Assembly: GCA_051252375.1 (NCBI GenBank)
Contig: JBPOFY010000006.1
Span: forward strand, 118,786 to 182,785
Reading direction: 5' to 3'
Origin: Opitutaceae bacterium
Lineage (GTDB): Bacteria > Verrucomicrobiota > Verrucomicrobiia > Opitutales > Coraliomargaritaceae
DNA length: 64,000 nt
Part shown: one piece after another, positions 1 to 10,035 of the stretch
Position numbering within the stretch: position 1 is the stretch's first letter
Layout of the letters: every line of letters starts with the position of its first letter
Notes under the pieces: generated by a model
Told to the model about the DNA's origin: nothing
What the model saw: only the letters and a program-made list of their open reading frames with translations
Database searches by the model: none
Translations under genes and position numbers: made by a program

Positions 1-1001
1 TCAGCAATCACCTGGTTCAGTCGGACATTTGCGAAAAGACCACCAGATAGACCTACATTTTTGGTGGGATACTTTTGGAGCAATCGGTTGATGCTTTGAG
101 GCACAAAGACGTGAAGCAACTCTTGAAAGCTTGCAGCTACATTCTCGGGAGCTACCCCTTTGCAAATGTCGAAAATGTAATCCTGCATTTCACCATGTGA
201 GCGAAAGCTACTAACAATTTGCCCGTCTTCTTGGACAGAAAATTTCCCGCAGAGCTCATCTAGGAGAGTTGGTTTCCCCGAGGCTGCAAGTCCCGTAAGC
301 TTACCCTCATGCCTATTCATCTTGTAGCCTAGAGCTATAGTTGCAGTTCCATAGGCGAGGGCTAGGCTAGAGGATGGTGATTCTTTCATGAGCCATTCCT
401 CTCCGCCAAAGTCGTGGATTATTTGCTCTCCATCGAAGTAGCGGAAGCTGTAAAATCCGGTGTCACCACCTCCATCGGCGCTGTAAAGTAAGCCGTTTTG
501 CCATTCTGGGTTATGAAATAGGCATGGAAGTACGTGTGCGTAGTGATGGTCGTAGAAGGCTAGTGAAGCTTCTTTGCTGAAGCCGTTATCTAACAGAAAT
601 TGATCAGTTTTAAAAATACTGAGGACATCATTTGTGTTCGCGCGTCTGCATTCCTTTGTGCTTGTTAGGATATGTTTTTTGCCAACTACTTTTCGGATGG
701 ATGATTCGAACCAGCGTTTAAACCTGTAAGAGAGATTGCATTTCGAAAAATCAAACCATTCGTAGGGGAATCGGTTTCGCGATAGGCATATGTGAGTGAT
801 GTCTGACTTTTTGAGATTAGCAATACGCAGAACTTCATCGATCGCCTCGTGCGGAATTCTGTCACCGTCCGTCTTGATCCGTGTAATGCGTTCAAGTTGA
901 ACTGCGGCCAGTAATTTGTAATTCTCATAAATGCAAGCGCTGCCGTCGTGTCGGGCTGCTGCGATTCCCAGAATGAGACGCTTGTTTTCAGTTTTATCCA
1001 T
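1..1001 (-). CDS. Carbamoyltransferase (NodU/CmcH family), 5' part; runs off the left window edge
   Basis: Not in the ORF track; translated manually from ATG at 1001. Gives MDKTENKRLILGIAAARHDGSAC...QLERITRIK...DHHYAH...SADGGGD...HEGKLTGLAA...GLSGGLFANVRLNQ, matching the Kae1-like N-terminal domain motifs of carbamoyltransferases. Frame is open to position 1. Confidence 0.85.
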   Translation of the reverse strand, partial: MDKTENKRLILGIAAARHDGSACIYENYKLLAAVQLERITRIKTDGDRIPHEAIDEVLRIANLKKSDITHICLSRNRFPYEWFDFSKCNLSYRFKRWFESSIRKVVGKKHILTSTKECRRANTNDVLSIFKTDQFLLDNGFSKEASLAFYDHHYAHVLPCLFHNPEWQNGLLYSADGGGDTGFYSFRYFDGEQIIHDFGGEEWLMKESPSSSLALAYGTATIALGYKMNRHEGKLTGLAASGKPTLLDELCGKFSVQEDGQIVSSFRSHGEMQDYIFDICKGVAPENVAASFQELLHVFVPQSINRLLQKYPTKNVGLSGGLFANVRLNQVIA

Positions 1002-1170
1002 AGTTTCGAGGCGAATTGTCTTTTAGAATACCCATCTTTCGAGATTGGTGGTTACTATTTGTTGAATGCGGTAGTCAGGTTTTCGAGCCTTTAGGATCGA
1101 TCGGTTTCGGTTTTGATTAAAGAGAAAAATACACGCGATTATTTGTCTGTCAGTATCTAAAGGATGAATG

Positions 1171-2172
1171 TTACCGAGAGCGCCGGAGGTGTCGCTTTAG
1201 GCTCCAAGTGATATGATTCAACCCATCGCTGGGTTTCTGTAGGCGCATTTGCTTGCGACCATAAACGGGACGTCCTGAGGGTGAATTGCTTGATTGATAA
1301 TTTTGATCGACCAGTTTCCCAATCATGAAAAGTAGATTGTAATCGTGCAAAACTCGATGTCTCGCTTCGCGAAGTGAGTCGATTCTGGACGTGTAGAATC
1401 TGTCATCTTCTATAATTGAGCGAATTTTGGCGAGGGACTCCTCGGGTTTGAATATGTCGATCTCGAGAAAGCTATCCGCTGGGAAGTAATCCTCGAGATT
1501 GGTGCAGCCATAATAAATGGGGAACGCACCACTTAGGAATGGGTCCGCGAGTTTCTCCGTCCAATGATGTGGCCCGACATAATTTTCAATGGCAAGATGG
1601 AAGCGAAATGGATCGAGGGCCTCAAATTTATGTTCAATGTGACGGGCACCGTGACCATAGATCTCGATTTCCGGGATCTGAGACTTGAGCCAGTGAGAAA
1701 AATCGTGGCGATTCTTGTGCAGTGTGTATTTCTGTTGCTTGGTCGAGCAGACGGTCGAAAAAGTCTTCGTCTTTTCTGGGAATGCTGGGCAATTGAGTTC
1801 TTCAAAAGTGTGGTCGTTGAACCAGAAGTTGCCCGTATGGCTATAAATACGTTTAGGGTGGTCTAGTGCCTGAGGAGGTTGCGACGTCAATACGTGCTCA
1901 AACTGGGCGCAAAATGCCGTGCCGTAATTGGTGATACTATCTGGTTCCGTAGTGACGAGCAGGGTGTGTTCATCCGCGCAGCCAAGCAGCTCGGGGGCAG
2001 CCTTGAGAGTGCGGGAAATGTCGTCAATTACGACAAGCCAGTCGTAATTGGGATCTTTTGCGCTCCAGATAAATTCCACCCGGTCAAGCAATGGGTGTGA
2101 TTTGGGAAGCTGTCGGCTCCAAGATCGGCTATCGGAACCACGCGCGATAATTTTTACCCGTATTTTTTTCAT
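1171..2172 (-). CDS. Glycosyltransferase family 10 (alpha-1,3-fucosyltransferase-like)
   Basis: GT10-type motif FHLAIENY...WTEKLADPFLSGAFPIYYG; lies in a glycosyltransferase cluster. Confidence 0.75.
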   Translation of the reverse strand: MKKIRVKIIARGSDSRSWSRQLPKSHPLLDRVEFIWSAKDPNYDWLVVIDDISRTLKAAPELLGCADEHTLLVTTEPDSITNYGTAFCAQFEHVLTSQPPQALDHPKRIYSHTGNFWFNDHTFEELNCPAFPEKTKTFSTVCSTKQQKYTLHKNRHDFSHWLKSQIPEIEIYGHGARHIEHKFEALDPFRFHLAIENYVGPHHWTEKLADPFLSGAFPIYYGCTNLEDYFPADSFLEIDIFKPEESLAKIRSIIEDDRFYTSRIDSLREARHRVLHDYNLLFMIGKLVDQNYQSSNSPSGRPVYGRKQMRLQKPSDGLNHITWSLKRHLRRSR

Positions 2173-2181
2173 GTGAACAGC

Positions 2182-2949
2182 TCACTCAGTCCAAAAATGA
2201 TCAATCCAAGGCGAGGGGCGGGTGTGGTGATGCAGTTTCTTGCCCTTGAAACCGTCGACGGCTTCTTCTGGATCAGGACGTCCATGAAAGACAAGTATAC
2301 GGCAGTCCTGTGGTTGCTTGGGGCTAATCAATAAGTTAAGTGGGAAAGGTGGTCGGCAATGCCACTTGAAGCTACGACACCAAGCTTCCGGCCACCAACT
2401 GACTTCGCGCATGGCGTGCGTCATAAAAGCTTGCTCGGTATTAAAAATTTTGAGGTTTTCCGCCTGCGCCATTTCCTTGATGAATGTTTCAAAAATATAA
2501 TTTGATGAACCCGCTTCAAATCTGAAAACAGACGAATTGCCGACGAGTGGGCGGCGCCCTGTGATCATCTTTCGGAGATTAACCCAATTGCGGATAATGC
2601 AGTTTTTTCCTTTCTCATAGTCGAAGAAAGGGTCAAGAGAATCCAAGATCACCATGTCTAGGTCGAGAAAGAGAGTTGGCCCTTGCAGCCCACCTAAACC
2701 GTCTTCAGTCAGCATCAGTTTTACCAATACATCTGGCCAGCCGCGCTGAATGCCGGGGTTCTCTGGGAATGGTATTGTATTAACCTCTGGCGCAAGATCG
2801 GTAGGGTCATCCGTGCAGCAATGAAATAGAAAGGGGCGCTTTAGGTGACGCTTCACGCCCGCGTAGAGCTTGTTGACGTAGCTTGCGGGATAACGGGTTC
2901 CGTATTTAAGACAAATTACGTTAACTGGCTGTTCGGTAGAGGAATTCAC
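2182..2949 (-). CDS. Putative GT-A fold glycosyltransferase
   Basis: N-terminal VICLKYGTRY..YVNKLY, DxD motif (FLDLD), NSSVFRF and VFHGRPDP; GTG start; cluster context. Confidence 0.65.
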   Translation of the reverse strand: MNSSTEQPVNVICLKYGTRYPASYVNKLYAGVKRHLKRPFLFHCCTDDPTDLAPEVNTIPFPENPGIQRGWPDVLVKLMLTEDGLGGLQGPTLFLDLDMVILDSLDPFFDYEKGKNCIIRNWVNLRKMITGRRPLVGNSSVFRFEAGSSNYIFETFIKEMAQAENLKIFNTEQAFMTHAMREVSWWPEAWCRSFKWHCRPPFPLNLLISPKQPQDCRILVFHGRPDPEEAVDGFKGKKLHHHTRPSPWIDHFWTE

Positions 2950-2987
2950 TTTATTTATAATGGAATGGAGTGTCAGAAATGTTTAGC

Positions 2988-4289
2988 TTAAGCTTTATAG
3001 TAGCTAGAAGGATGATTTTGTATGCAATTTCTCGTGTCGACTATTGGGCATTTGAAGTCGGAGAAATCGTAAGTGCGATATCCCGCATGATCCGTTGCCA
3101 GTAGGATTAAGTCGTAACCGTCGTGGATATCGCTGGAGGTCCTGCCGGCAAGTTGTGGGTGTTCGCGAGTCTTGCGAATCACTGGAATGTGTGGGTCATT
3201 GTATGCGACTGTTGCGCCAAGCGCTTCGAGCTTTTCGATGAGCACATAGGTGGGCGATTCGCGGTCGTCATCGACATTAGGTTTATAGGCTAATCCCAGA
3301 ACTAGGATGTTGGATCCTTTGACTGCTTTGGAGTTTTCGTTGAGTGCTCGCATGCAGACTTCGACTACGTGTTGTGGCATCGAGGTATTGATTTCTCCTG
3401 CGAGTTCAATGAAGCGGGTATTGAGACCAAATTCACGGGCTTTCCATGTGAGATAGAATGGATCGATTGGTATGCAATGACCTCCGAGTCCTGGTCCCGG
3501 ATAGAACGGCATGAAGCCGAAGGGCTTTGTTTTAGCTGCTGCGATGACGTCCCAGATATCAATACCCATGGAGCCATAGATGATTTTGAGCTCGTTGACT
3601 AAAGCGATATTGACCGAGCGAAAGATATTTTCGAGCAGTTTGGCGGCTTCAGCTACTTTACAACTGTCGACGGGAACGATGGTTTGGATCGCATTGCTGT
3701 AAATCGCAACTGCCTTGTCTCTACATTGAGGAGTGAGACCGCCGACTAGTTTTGGTATACGCTCAACTTTACTGTCAGGGTTGCTGGGGTCTTCACGTTC
3801 CGGTGAATAGGCGAGATGGAAATCGACACCGGCAGTTTTACCAGAGCCATCTTCGATCACTTTGCGAAGGTCGATTTCCGTGGTGCCTGGGTAGGTTGTG
3901 GATTCTAGGCAGACGACCGTGCCTTGCTTGAGGTGCGGGGCTAAGGATGCGCCTGTTTCAAGCACATAGGAGAGGTCGGGCTCTCGGTGCTGGTTGAGCG
4001 GAGTCGGCACACAGAGAATGATCGCGTCACATTCATTTGCCTTGGAGAAATCAGTTGTGGCGAGGAACTGTCCGCTCTGGCTTAGGTCCTTGATTAGGTC
4101 GCCATCGATGTGCCCGATGTAGGATTTGCCCGCGTTAAGTGAATCAATTTTGCTCGGGTCGACATCGATTCCTACAATACTTAAACCTGCTTTGGAAAAT
4201 TGAATGGCTAGTGGTAGCCCGACATAGCCAAGTCCGACTATGGCTATTGTAGGTTTTGATTGATCGGTCTGGGGTGGTGCGAGATCCAT
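2988..4289 (-). CDS. Nucleotide sugar dehydrogenase (UDP-GlcNAc 6-dehydrogenase, WbpA/WecC-like)
   Basis: Rossmann motif GLGYVGLP, CVPTP, ESTTYPGTT, SPERED, catalytic GLGGHCIPID, GLAYKPNVDD. Start taken at the internal ATG 4289 (ORF track starts at 4328). Confidence 0.9.
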   Translation of the reverse strand: MDLAPPQTDQSKPTIAIVGLGYVGLPLAIQFSKAGLSIVGIDVDPSKIDSLNAGKSYIGHIDGDLIKDLSQSGQFLATTDFSKANECDAIILCVPTPLNQHREPDLSYVLETGASLAPHLKQGTVVCLESTTYPGTTEIDLRKVIEDGSGKTAGVDFHLAYSPEREDPSNPDSKVERIPKLVGGLTPQCRDKAVAIYSNAIQTIVPVDSCKVAEAAKLLENIFRSVNIALVNELKIIYGSMGIDIWDVIAAAKTKPFGFMPFYPGPGLGGHCIPIDPFYLTWKAREFGLNTRFIELAGEINTSMPQHVVEVCMRALNENSKAVKGSNILVLGLAYKPNVDDDRESPTYVLIEKLEALGATVAYNDPHIPVIRKTREHPQLAGRTSSDIHDGYDLILLATDHAGYRTYDFSDFKCPIVDTRNCIQNHPSSYYKA

Positions 4290-4370
4290 GGTTTGGAGTG
4301 TGGGAGGCACATATCTGGTGCCAAGCATAATGTTAAAGACCTTGTTTTCTAAGCAACGTTTGGCGTCGAA

Positions 4371-5483
4371 TTATGCACGAGTTGCCGCGGAAAGTTTAAG
4401 GTATTCACTTATAGTCGCATCGAGCATGCGGCTTAGTGTGAATGGTGCATCAATCGCTGGTTCGCGTGCTTCAGCGTCGGATTCCCATTGTTGGATTAGG
4501 GAGATGATGGGTTGCGGGTTTCCGGTCTCCACTTTTCCCTGAGGGAAAAGTTTATCCAGAATTTCTCCTACGCCACCATGTTGATAACCGATGACTGGTG
4601 TGCCGAGCGAAAGTGCTTCGAGTGTGGTTCTGCCAAAGGACTCAGGCTGCTGGGTGAGTGAAAGGACAATGTTCGAGTGCGAGAGCACTTCTTTGAGGTC
4701 TGAGCGATGCCCAGTAAATGTTACGTGTGACCCGAGTCCCAACGCGTGGGCTCTCTCTTTGATCTCGGCGAGATAGTCTTGCTTCTTGGGGTGTGCGCCA
4801 CCGGCGATGATGCCGTGATAGCCATGATCTTTCAGTGCGTTTACAATTTGTAGGAAATCATCGTGTCCTTTTAGGCGTGTGATTCTTCCCGGTAGTGTGA
4901 GGAGTTTCTTGCCGCTTGTTTCAGGGAAGTCCGCGTGCCATTTGTCGAGCCACTCGGGTGCCGGTTTGAACGATGGGTTGTATTCGGTGGGGTCGATTCC
5001 ACGGTGAATGACAACTAGTTTGTGACTGTCCGTGCTTGGATAGTTCTTTTGGACGAATGACTTTACGCTGTTGGACACGCAGATGACGCGTTCACCGCAG
5101 GTCATGATTTTTGAATAGGCATTCACTGAGTTGAAGCCGTGGACGGTGGTGACTAAGCGCGGACGTGTTTGTGGGTCCATCTTACGCCAGGCAAGGTAGG
5201 CGAGCCAGGCGGGGAGTCGTGAGCGTAGGTGAATGATGTCTGGCTTTTCGGTTTCGAACAGTCGGCGTAGCACTTTGACCTGTTTTAGCGAGCTCAGGCG
5301 TTTTTTGTGAACGGGCAGGGTGATGTGGCGACTGCCTTCGGCTTCGAGTTGCTCTACCTGACGGCCTCCATTGGAGATGACGATGGATTCATGCCCTTGT
5401 TCAACGAGAAATTTTCCGACTTCGAGAGTGCCGCGTTCGACGCCTCCTGCATTGAGTTCGGGTAGTATTTGTATGACTTTCAT
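4371..5483 (-). CDS. Glycosyltransferase family 4
   Basis: [40 protein letters not shown]. Confidence 0.9.
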   Translation of the reverse strand: MKVIQILPELNAGGVERGTLEVGKFLVEQGHESIVISNGGRQVEQLEAEGSRHITLPVHKKRLSSLKQVKVLRRLFETEKPDIIHLRSRLPAWLAYLAWRKMDPQTRPRLVTTVHGFNSVNAYSKIMTCGERVICVSNSVKSFVQKNYPSTDSHKLVVIHRGIDPTEYNPSFKPAPEWLDKWHADFPETSGKKLLTLPGRITRLKGHDDFLQIVNALKDHGYHGIIAGGAHPKKQDYLAEIKERAHALGLGSHVTFTGHRSDLKEVLSHSNIVLSLTQQPESFGRTTLEALSLGTPVIGYQHGGVGEILDKLFPQGKVETGNPQPIISLIQQWESDAEAREPAIDAPFTLSRMLDATISEYLKLSAATRA

Positions 5484-5498
5484 TGCGAGATTGTTTGC

Positions 5499-6413
5499 CT
5501 ACTGGAAGTATCTAGCTGCGAGATATTTGGCGATACGTTCGGCTTCGTTGAGTGCGGGGGGATTTTTGAATTCGTTCAAATCTGCTTGGGCTGCGGTAAA
5601 AGGTAAGAGGTATGCCTCTTTGATCAGTCCATCTAAGCCAGTGAGGACTCTTGATTTGCCGGTTTTTCTGATGCCGAGAAGTAGCCCGACTTTTGCGCCG
5701 GAGCTGAGTGCTTCGTAAACCATGGAAACGCTGTCTTCGGTGGCCCAAACGAGTGATGCCGTAGCCAGTGTTTCAGGGAGCCATGTTTCACTGGTATTAT
5801 CAACGGGGATGACTGTGAGTCTTGGGTGATCGATGGCTTGAAGTTTTGTCGTGGTGCTTTCGGGTGTTCGACGCGAAGTGGTCAGGGTCCATTTTGTCGC
5901 TTCTTCGGTATCTAATATCGTGTTGATCTGTTCGAGCAGTTTCGTCTCGTCCCAATCATGGTGCTGCGAGGGACCGCCGACGAGGAACAGTCCGCTTGAG
6001 AGATCTTTCGTGTCGCTGGGGCGAATGCGGTTCATCGCGCCTTTGGTAGTTAGAATATTGGCACCTTTTCGATTGTCGTGCTCGGGCACGATGCAGAGGT
6101 CGAAGAGCTTGGTGAGACCGCGCGGTGGTGCCATGATGACGATGGTCGGCGTATCAGTGGCGCGACCCGCGGCAAGTATGGTGGAATGCGTGCGGCTGCC
6201 GGTGCCGATGATCAGGTCCGGTTTGCTCTGTTCCTTGGCAAATGGGAACTGTCCTTTGAACGCGTGGAGCCATGAAGCTTTATGTTCGGCGAGGTCAATT
6301 TTGACGGTTTTGACGTCTAAATGTTGCGACAAAGCGTCGATGAGGCCTGCGCTTTGATTTTCATGTCCGCGCTTCCCGTCTGATATTTGCCAAATGATTT
6401 TTGCTTCTGCCAT
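5499..6413 (-). CDS. ELM1/GtrOC1-like protein (putative glycosyltransferase of LPS/LOS core loci)
   Basis: SDGKRGHENQS, DLCIVPEHD, TTSRRTP, TEDSVSMVYEALSSG, LNEAER motifs; next to a GT4 gene. Confidence 0.8.
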   Translation of the reverse strand: MAEAKIIWQISDGKRGHENQSAGLIDALSQHLDVKTVKIDLAEHKASWLHAFKGQFPFAKEQSKPDLIIGTGSRTHSTILAAGRATDTPTIVIMAPPRGLTKLFDLCIVPEHDNRKGANILTTKGAMNRIRPSDTKDLSSGLFLVGGPSQHHDWDETKLLEQINTILDTEEATKWTLTTSRRTPESTTTKLQAIDHPRLTVIPVDNTSETWLPETLATASLVWATEDSVSMVYEALSSGAKVGLLLGIRKTGKSRVLTGLDGLIKEAYLLPFTAAQADLNEFKNPPALNEAERIAKYLAARYFQ

Positions 6414-6533
6414 TTACTCTTTTGCTAACATTTACGGTATGCGGAGTTTTCACCAGTCAAAAAAGGAATATGGGTTTTTGGTCATTTGATGCTCGTCTCT
6501 GCGCTAGGAGTGGGTTTCGTGTGAAGGATTGCG

Positions 6534-9500
6534 ATGACGACTACGAAAAACAGATTAGAAGGCTTGGAGGGGTTTGAAAACCTCGATGTTGGTGAACTGT
6601 ATTATATCGGTAACCGTCAGTTCGTGGAGCGTGGTTTGGCCTATTATCGAAACTTCGCGGTCGAAGGGTTTGAATGGGATAATAAGGAGAAGCGTCTTTC
6701 CGCTATTGTTCAAGGGAATCGCCGTGAACCTTATGATGTCAAATTGCAGGTGCGTGCGGGCGAGATGGAGTTTCAATGCGATTGTCCATCTTGGAGCACC
6801 TATGGTGGTTGTAAGCACGTGATTGCTGCCACGGCGGCGATGTTTTTGGCGGTTCAAGGCAAGAGTGTGGGTGGTTTTGAAATGCCGCCCGACTACGCGC
6901 AGGATTTGCGTAAGCAATTGGGCTATCGCGATGTTGGTGGCAGCACGCTGGCTGAGGATGGTAGCGAAGAGATAGTTGAGACGGAGCTTTGGCTGATGGA
7001 AGTGCGCGGCTTCGGTAATTTAGATTTTCAGATTCGAGGAGAGGTGCCGCAGGAGTTACTGCATTCGGTAGGGGTGACTTTACCCAGTAGTTATGGGTTT
7101 TCGGTGGCTAGAGAGTTTTCCTTGGGATCGGTGGCGAAAAATCTACCCAAACTGCTGAGCCAAGCGAAAGCGGCGAAGATTCCGGTGACTATTGGTGTCA
7201 ATGGTGACCCGAAGACTATGCAAATGCGGCGTAAGGCCTGTCACATGCGAGTTGTTTACGATTACTCAGACGATCAAGTGAATCGCGCCCTGCATTTTTC
7301 GAATGATGCTGGCAAGCCGTTGGAAGCCTATAGTCTAATTCCGGAAAGTCCTTTTGTTATTTTGACGAATGGCGATTTACACCGGGTGAAAGGTTTAGAG
7401 GACGGCGTTACAGAAGATGGTGGGCGACTTCTGTTTTCAACCGATGGTGAAAGCTTTAACGATACTGCCTATCACCGTCATTATGGACCGATGAAGGCCA
7501 AGGCGGCGGATTATGCTTTTCGTGTCGATGGTGAAGCGATTGAGCCGGAAGTAATTGAGGGCAAAGCGGTGCGAATCGAAATGGATTTACATGCGGTTGA
7601 AAATGCAGCCGGAGAGCGTGAGTCGTTGGAGTTCGAGTTGTATGCTAGTATCGGCGAGTTGAAGCTGGATTTGCAGGCCTACCAGGAGTCATTGATTGAG
7701 TCAGTCCTGTCGGGGTCTTATGGTGCTTTACTATCTGCGAAACGTCGTGTGCGTGCCTTGAGTGATTTGTTGCGTCGGGTGCTTTCGGCGAATGAGCAAT
7801 CAGTTGCGATTGATTTGCATGAGCTCGCGGCAGATTTCCCAGAACTGCTTTCTGAAGAGTTTGGTAGCGTGGTGCGCCATATCGTGGATAAAGTCGTGAA
7901 CTTTATCGGCGCAAGTCGTGTCGATGAGCCACGTCTGGTTTTGGATGAAGCACAAGCGCGTTGGTTGGCTAGTCCGTTGCACTTGGGCAAAGTGTCCATG
8001 CTCCTATTTAGTATGTATGATGCGGTTTCTCGCGACGATTTGAAAGGGTTGTCTGAGGGACGCTTGATGCTTTCACGCCATGATAATGATGATGGTGTGC
8101 TGCAGCGCCTGGTCTCGGTTTGCGCGGCGCTGGGTGTGCGTGTCCGATTCAATGATCAAGCCATTCGCACGGCACCACTTTCGATCAGTTTGCAAGGTCG
8201 CCATGGCGGCGCGGGTAATGACATCGATTGGTTTGAGTTACATCCTTCGATCACTTGCGGTGACCGGAGTATCAGCCAGTCGGAATGGAAACGTTTAATC
8301 CGTGGACAACTTTTCCTCGAAGCCGAAGACGGTAGTTTGATTATGCCTGAGGTTGGGGAGGGCGAGGCGGATGGTCTGCAAATGATTGCCGAAATCCTGC
8401 AACGAGGTCGCCCGAGCCACGGTGAGACTGGGTTAGGCTCACAAGGTGGTTTGCAGATTTCACGCTTGGAAATGCTTGATTGGATCGCACTGCGCCGACG
8501 TGGCGTGCAGGTGGATTTGCCGGAATCAGTGGAAAGTGTTTTTCAGAGTTTAACACAGTTCGAACAACTTGCGGAATTTGTGCCGCCGAAAAAACTGCAG
8601 GCGCAGTTGCGCCCATATCAACGTGATGGCTGTGCGTGGATTGACTTCATGTATACGCACCGCTTTGGCGCATGTTTGGCGGATGACATGGGGCTCGGTA
8701 AGACGGTGCAAACGATTGCCTTCCTAGCGCATCGATTTGAACTGGCTACGGAAGAAGATCCGCTCGCGTCTGTCCTGATCGTGGTGCCGCCGAGTTTGGT
8801 TTTCAATTGGTTGGACGAGTTTGCCCGGTTCGCGCCGCACATTCGTGTGACTGATTGCCTCAGCCCGTCGAAGTGGGAGCACTCGCTTCAAAACGCTCAA
8901 GTGGTTCTCACAACTTATGATCGCGTGCGCATTGAAGCCAAAACGATGTCAGAACATCAATTTGACATTCTAGTTTTTGATGAGGCACACAACTTGAAGA
9001 ATGTTTCGACCGCACGGACGAAAGCCGCTGCGCGTTTGAACCGTCGTTTCACACTTTGCTTAACTGGAACACCGGTTGAAAATAACGTCTCTGAATTCTT
9101 CTCAGTTCTCACAGCAACGGTCCCCGGAATTTTCGGGCATTTGAAAGATTTCAAGGAGCGCTATCGCAAGGAACCTCAAAAAACATTGCGCCGTGCAGCG
9201 CCTTTCGTGCTCCGACGCACTAAAGAAAAGATACTGAAAGAACTACCGAAGAAGGAAGAGCACGAACTCTTCCTTGAGATGTCTCCGATTCAGAAAGAAA
9301 TTTACACGCGGACAGTGTCAGAGGTTCGCGCAGAAGTCGCAGAGGCGTATCAAGATCGTCCTGAGCAACAAGCTGGGATTGTGGCCTTGGCAGCGATTCT
9401 TCGATTGCGTCAAGTGTGCGTGAGCCCGGCTTTGTTGGGCAAGCCAATGGCGGAACCCGCGCCCAAGTTCATTCACATGGCAGACCAACTGGAAGAGCTC

Positions 9501-9980
9501 CAAGCAGAAGGAAATTCAGCTTTAGTATTCAGTCAGTTCATTGGCGGGCTGGATCAAATGCAGGCGATTGCGGAGGAGCGAAGTATTCCATTTTTACGAA
9601 TGGACGGCAGCACACCCGTTCCGAAGCGCAAAGAACTTGTTCAGCGTTTTCAAAGTGGCGAGGGTCCCTCATTCTTCTTTATCAGTTTAAAAACTGGTGG
9701 TGTCGGTTTGAACTTAACCCGCGCGAATTACGTCTTCCACTTAGATCCTTGGTGGAATCCTGCTGTGGAGAATCAAGCCAGCGACCGCGCGCACCGTATC
9801 GGGCAGACTCGCTCAGTGTTCGTCCAGCGCCTGATCATGCAGCACACGATCGAAGCGCGTATGTTGGAATTGAAGGCCCGTAAGGCCGAGTTGTTCCGTC
9901 AATTGGTCGAAGAACCCGGTGGTAAATCAGCATCTGCGAAGCTTAGCCGTAGCGATTTGGACTATTTGCTCGAAGGCTAG
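6534..9980 (+). CDS. SNF2-family helicase with N-terminal SWIM zinc finger
   Basis: SWIM CDCP...CKHV; LADDMGLGKT, DEAH, TGTPVEN, GGVGLNLT, DPWWNPAVENQASDRAHRIGQ. Confidence 0.92.
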   Translation: MTTTKNRLEGLEGFENLDVGELYYIGNRQFVERGLAYYRNFAVEGFEWDNKEKRLSAIVQGNRREPYDVKLQVRAGEMEFQCDCPSWSTYGGCKHVIAATAAMFLAVQGKSVGGFEMPPDYAQDLRKQLGYRDVGGSTLAEDGSEEIVETELWLMEVRGFGNLDFQIRGEVPQELLHSVGVTLPSSYGFSVAREFSLGSVAKNLPKLLSQAKAAKIPVTIGVNGDPKTMQMRRKACHMRVVYDYSDDQVNRALHFSNDAGKPLEAYSLIPESPFVILTNGDLHRVKGLEDGVTEDGGRLLFSTDGESFNDTAYHRHYGPMKAKAADYAFRVDGEAIEPEVIEGKAVRIEMDLHAVENAAGERESLEFELYASIGELKLDLQAYQESLIESVLSGSYGALLSAKRRVRALSDLLRRVLSANEQSVAIDLHELAADFPELLSEEFGSVVRHIVDKVVNFIGASRVDEPRLVLDEAQARWLASPLHLGKVSMLLFSMYDAVSRDDLKGLSEGRLMLSRHDNDDGVLQRLVSVCAALGVRVRFNDQAIRTAPLSISLQGRHGGAGNDIDWFELHPSITCGDRSISQSEWKRLIRGQLFLEAEDGSLIMPEVGEGEADGLQMIAEILQRGRPSHGETGLGSQGGLQISRLEMLDWIALRRRGVQVDLPESVESVFQSLTQFEQLAEFVPPKKLQAQLRPYQRDGCAWIDFMYTHRFGACLADDMGLGKTVQTIAFLAHRFELATEEDPLASVLIVVPPSLVFNWLDEFARFAPHIRVTDCLSPSKWEHSLQNAQVVLTTYDRVRIEAKTMSEHQFDILVFDEAHNLKNVSTARTKAAARLNRRFTLCLTGTPVENNVSEFFSVLTATVPGIFGHLKDFKERYRKEPQKTLRRAAPFVLRRTKEKILKELPKKEEHELFLEMSPIQKEIYTRTVSEVRAEVAEAYQDRPEQQAGIVALAAILRLRQVCVSPALLGKPMAEPAPKFIHMADQLEELQAEGNSALVFSQFIGGLDQMQAIAEERSIPFLRMDGSTPVPKRKELVQRFQSGEGPSFFFISLKTGGVGLNLTRANYVFHLDPWWNPAVENQASDRAHRIGQTRSVFVQRLIMQHTIEARMLELKARKAELFRQLVEEPGGKSASAKLSRSDLDYLLEG

Positions 9981-10035
9981 TTTCCATTCATGTCTTGACT
10001 GTTTTCCGTCTTCTGTCTTCTCAATTCACCTTCAA

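Noticed and set aside
686..928. 80-aa ORF in the track, and the many other short overlapping ORFs
   Set aside because: It lies out of frame within the carbamoyltransferase. The other short ORFs are antisense or alternate-frame shadows of well-supported genes.
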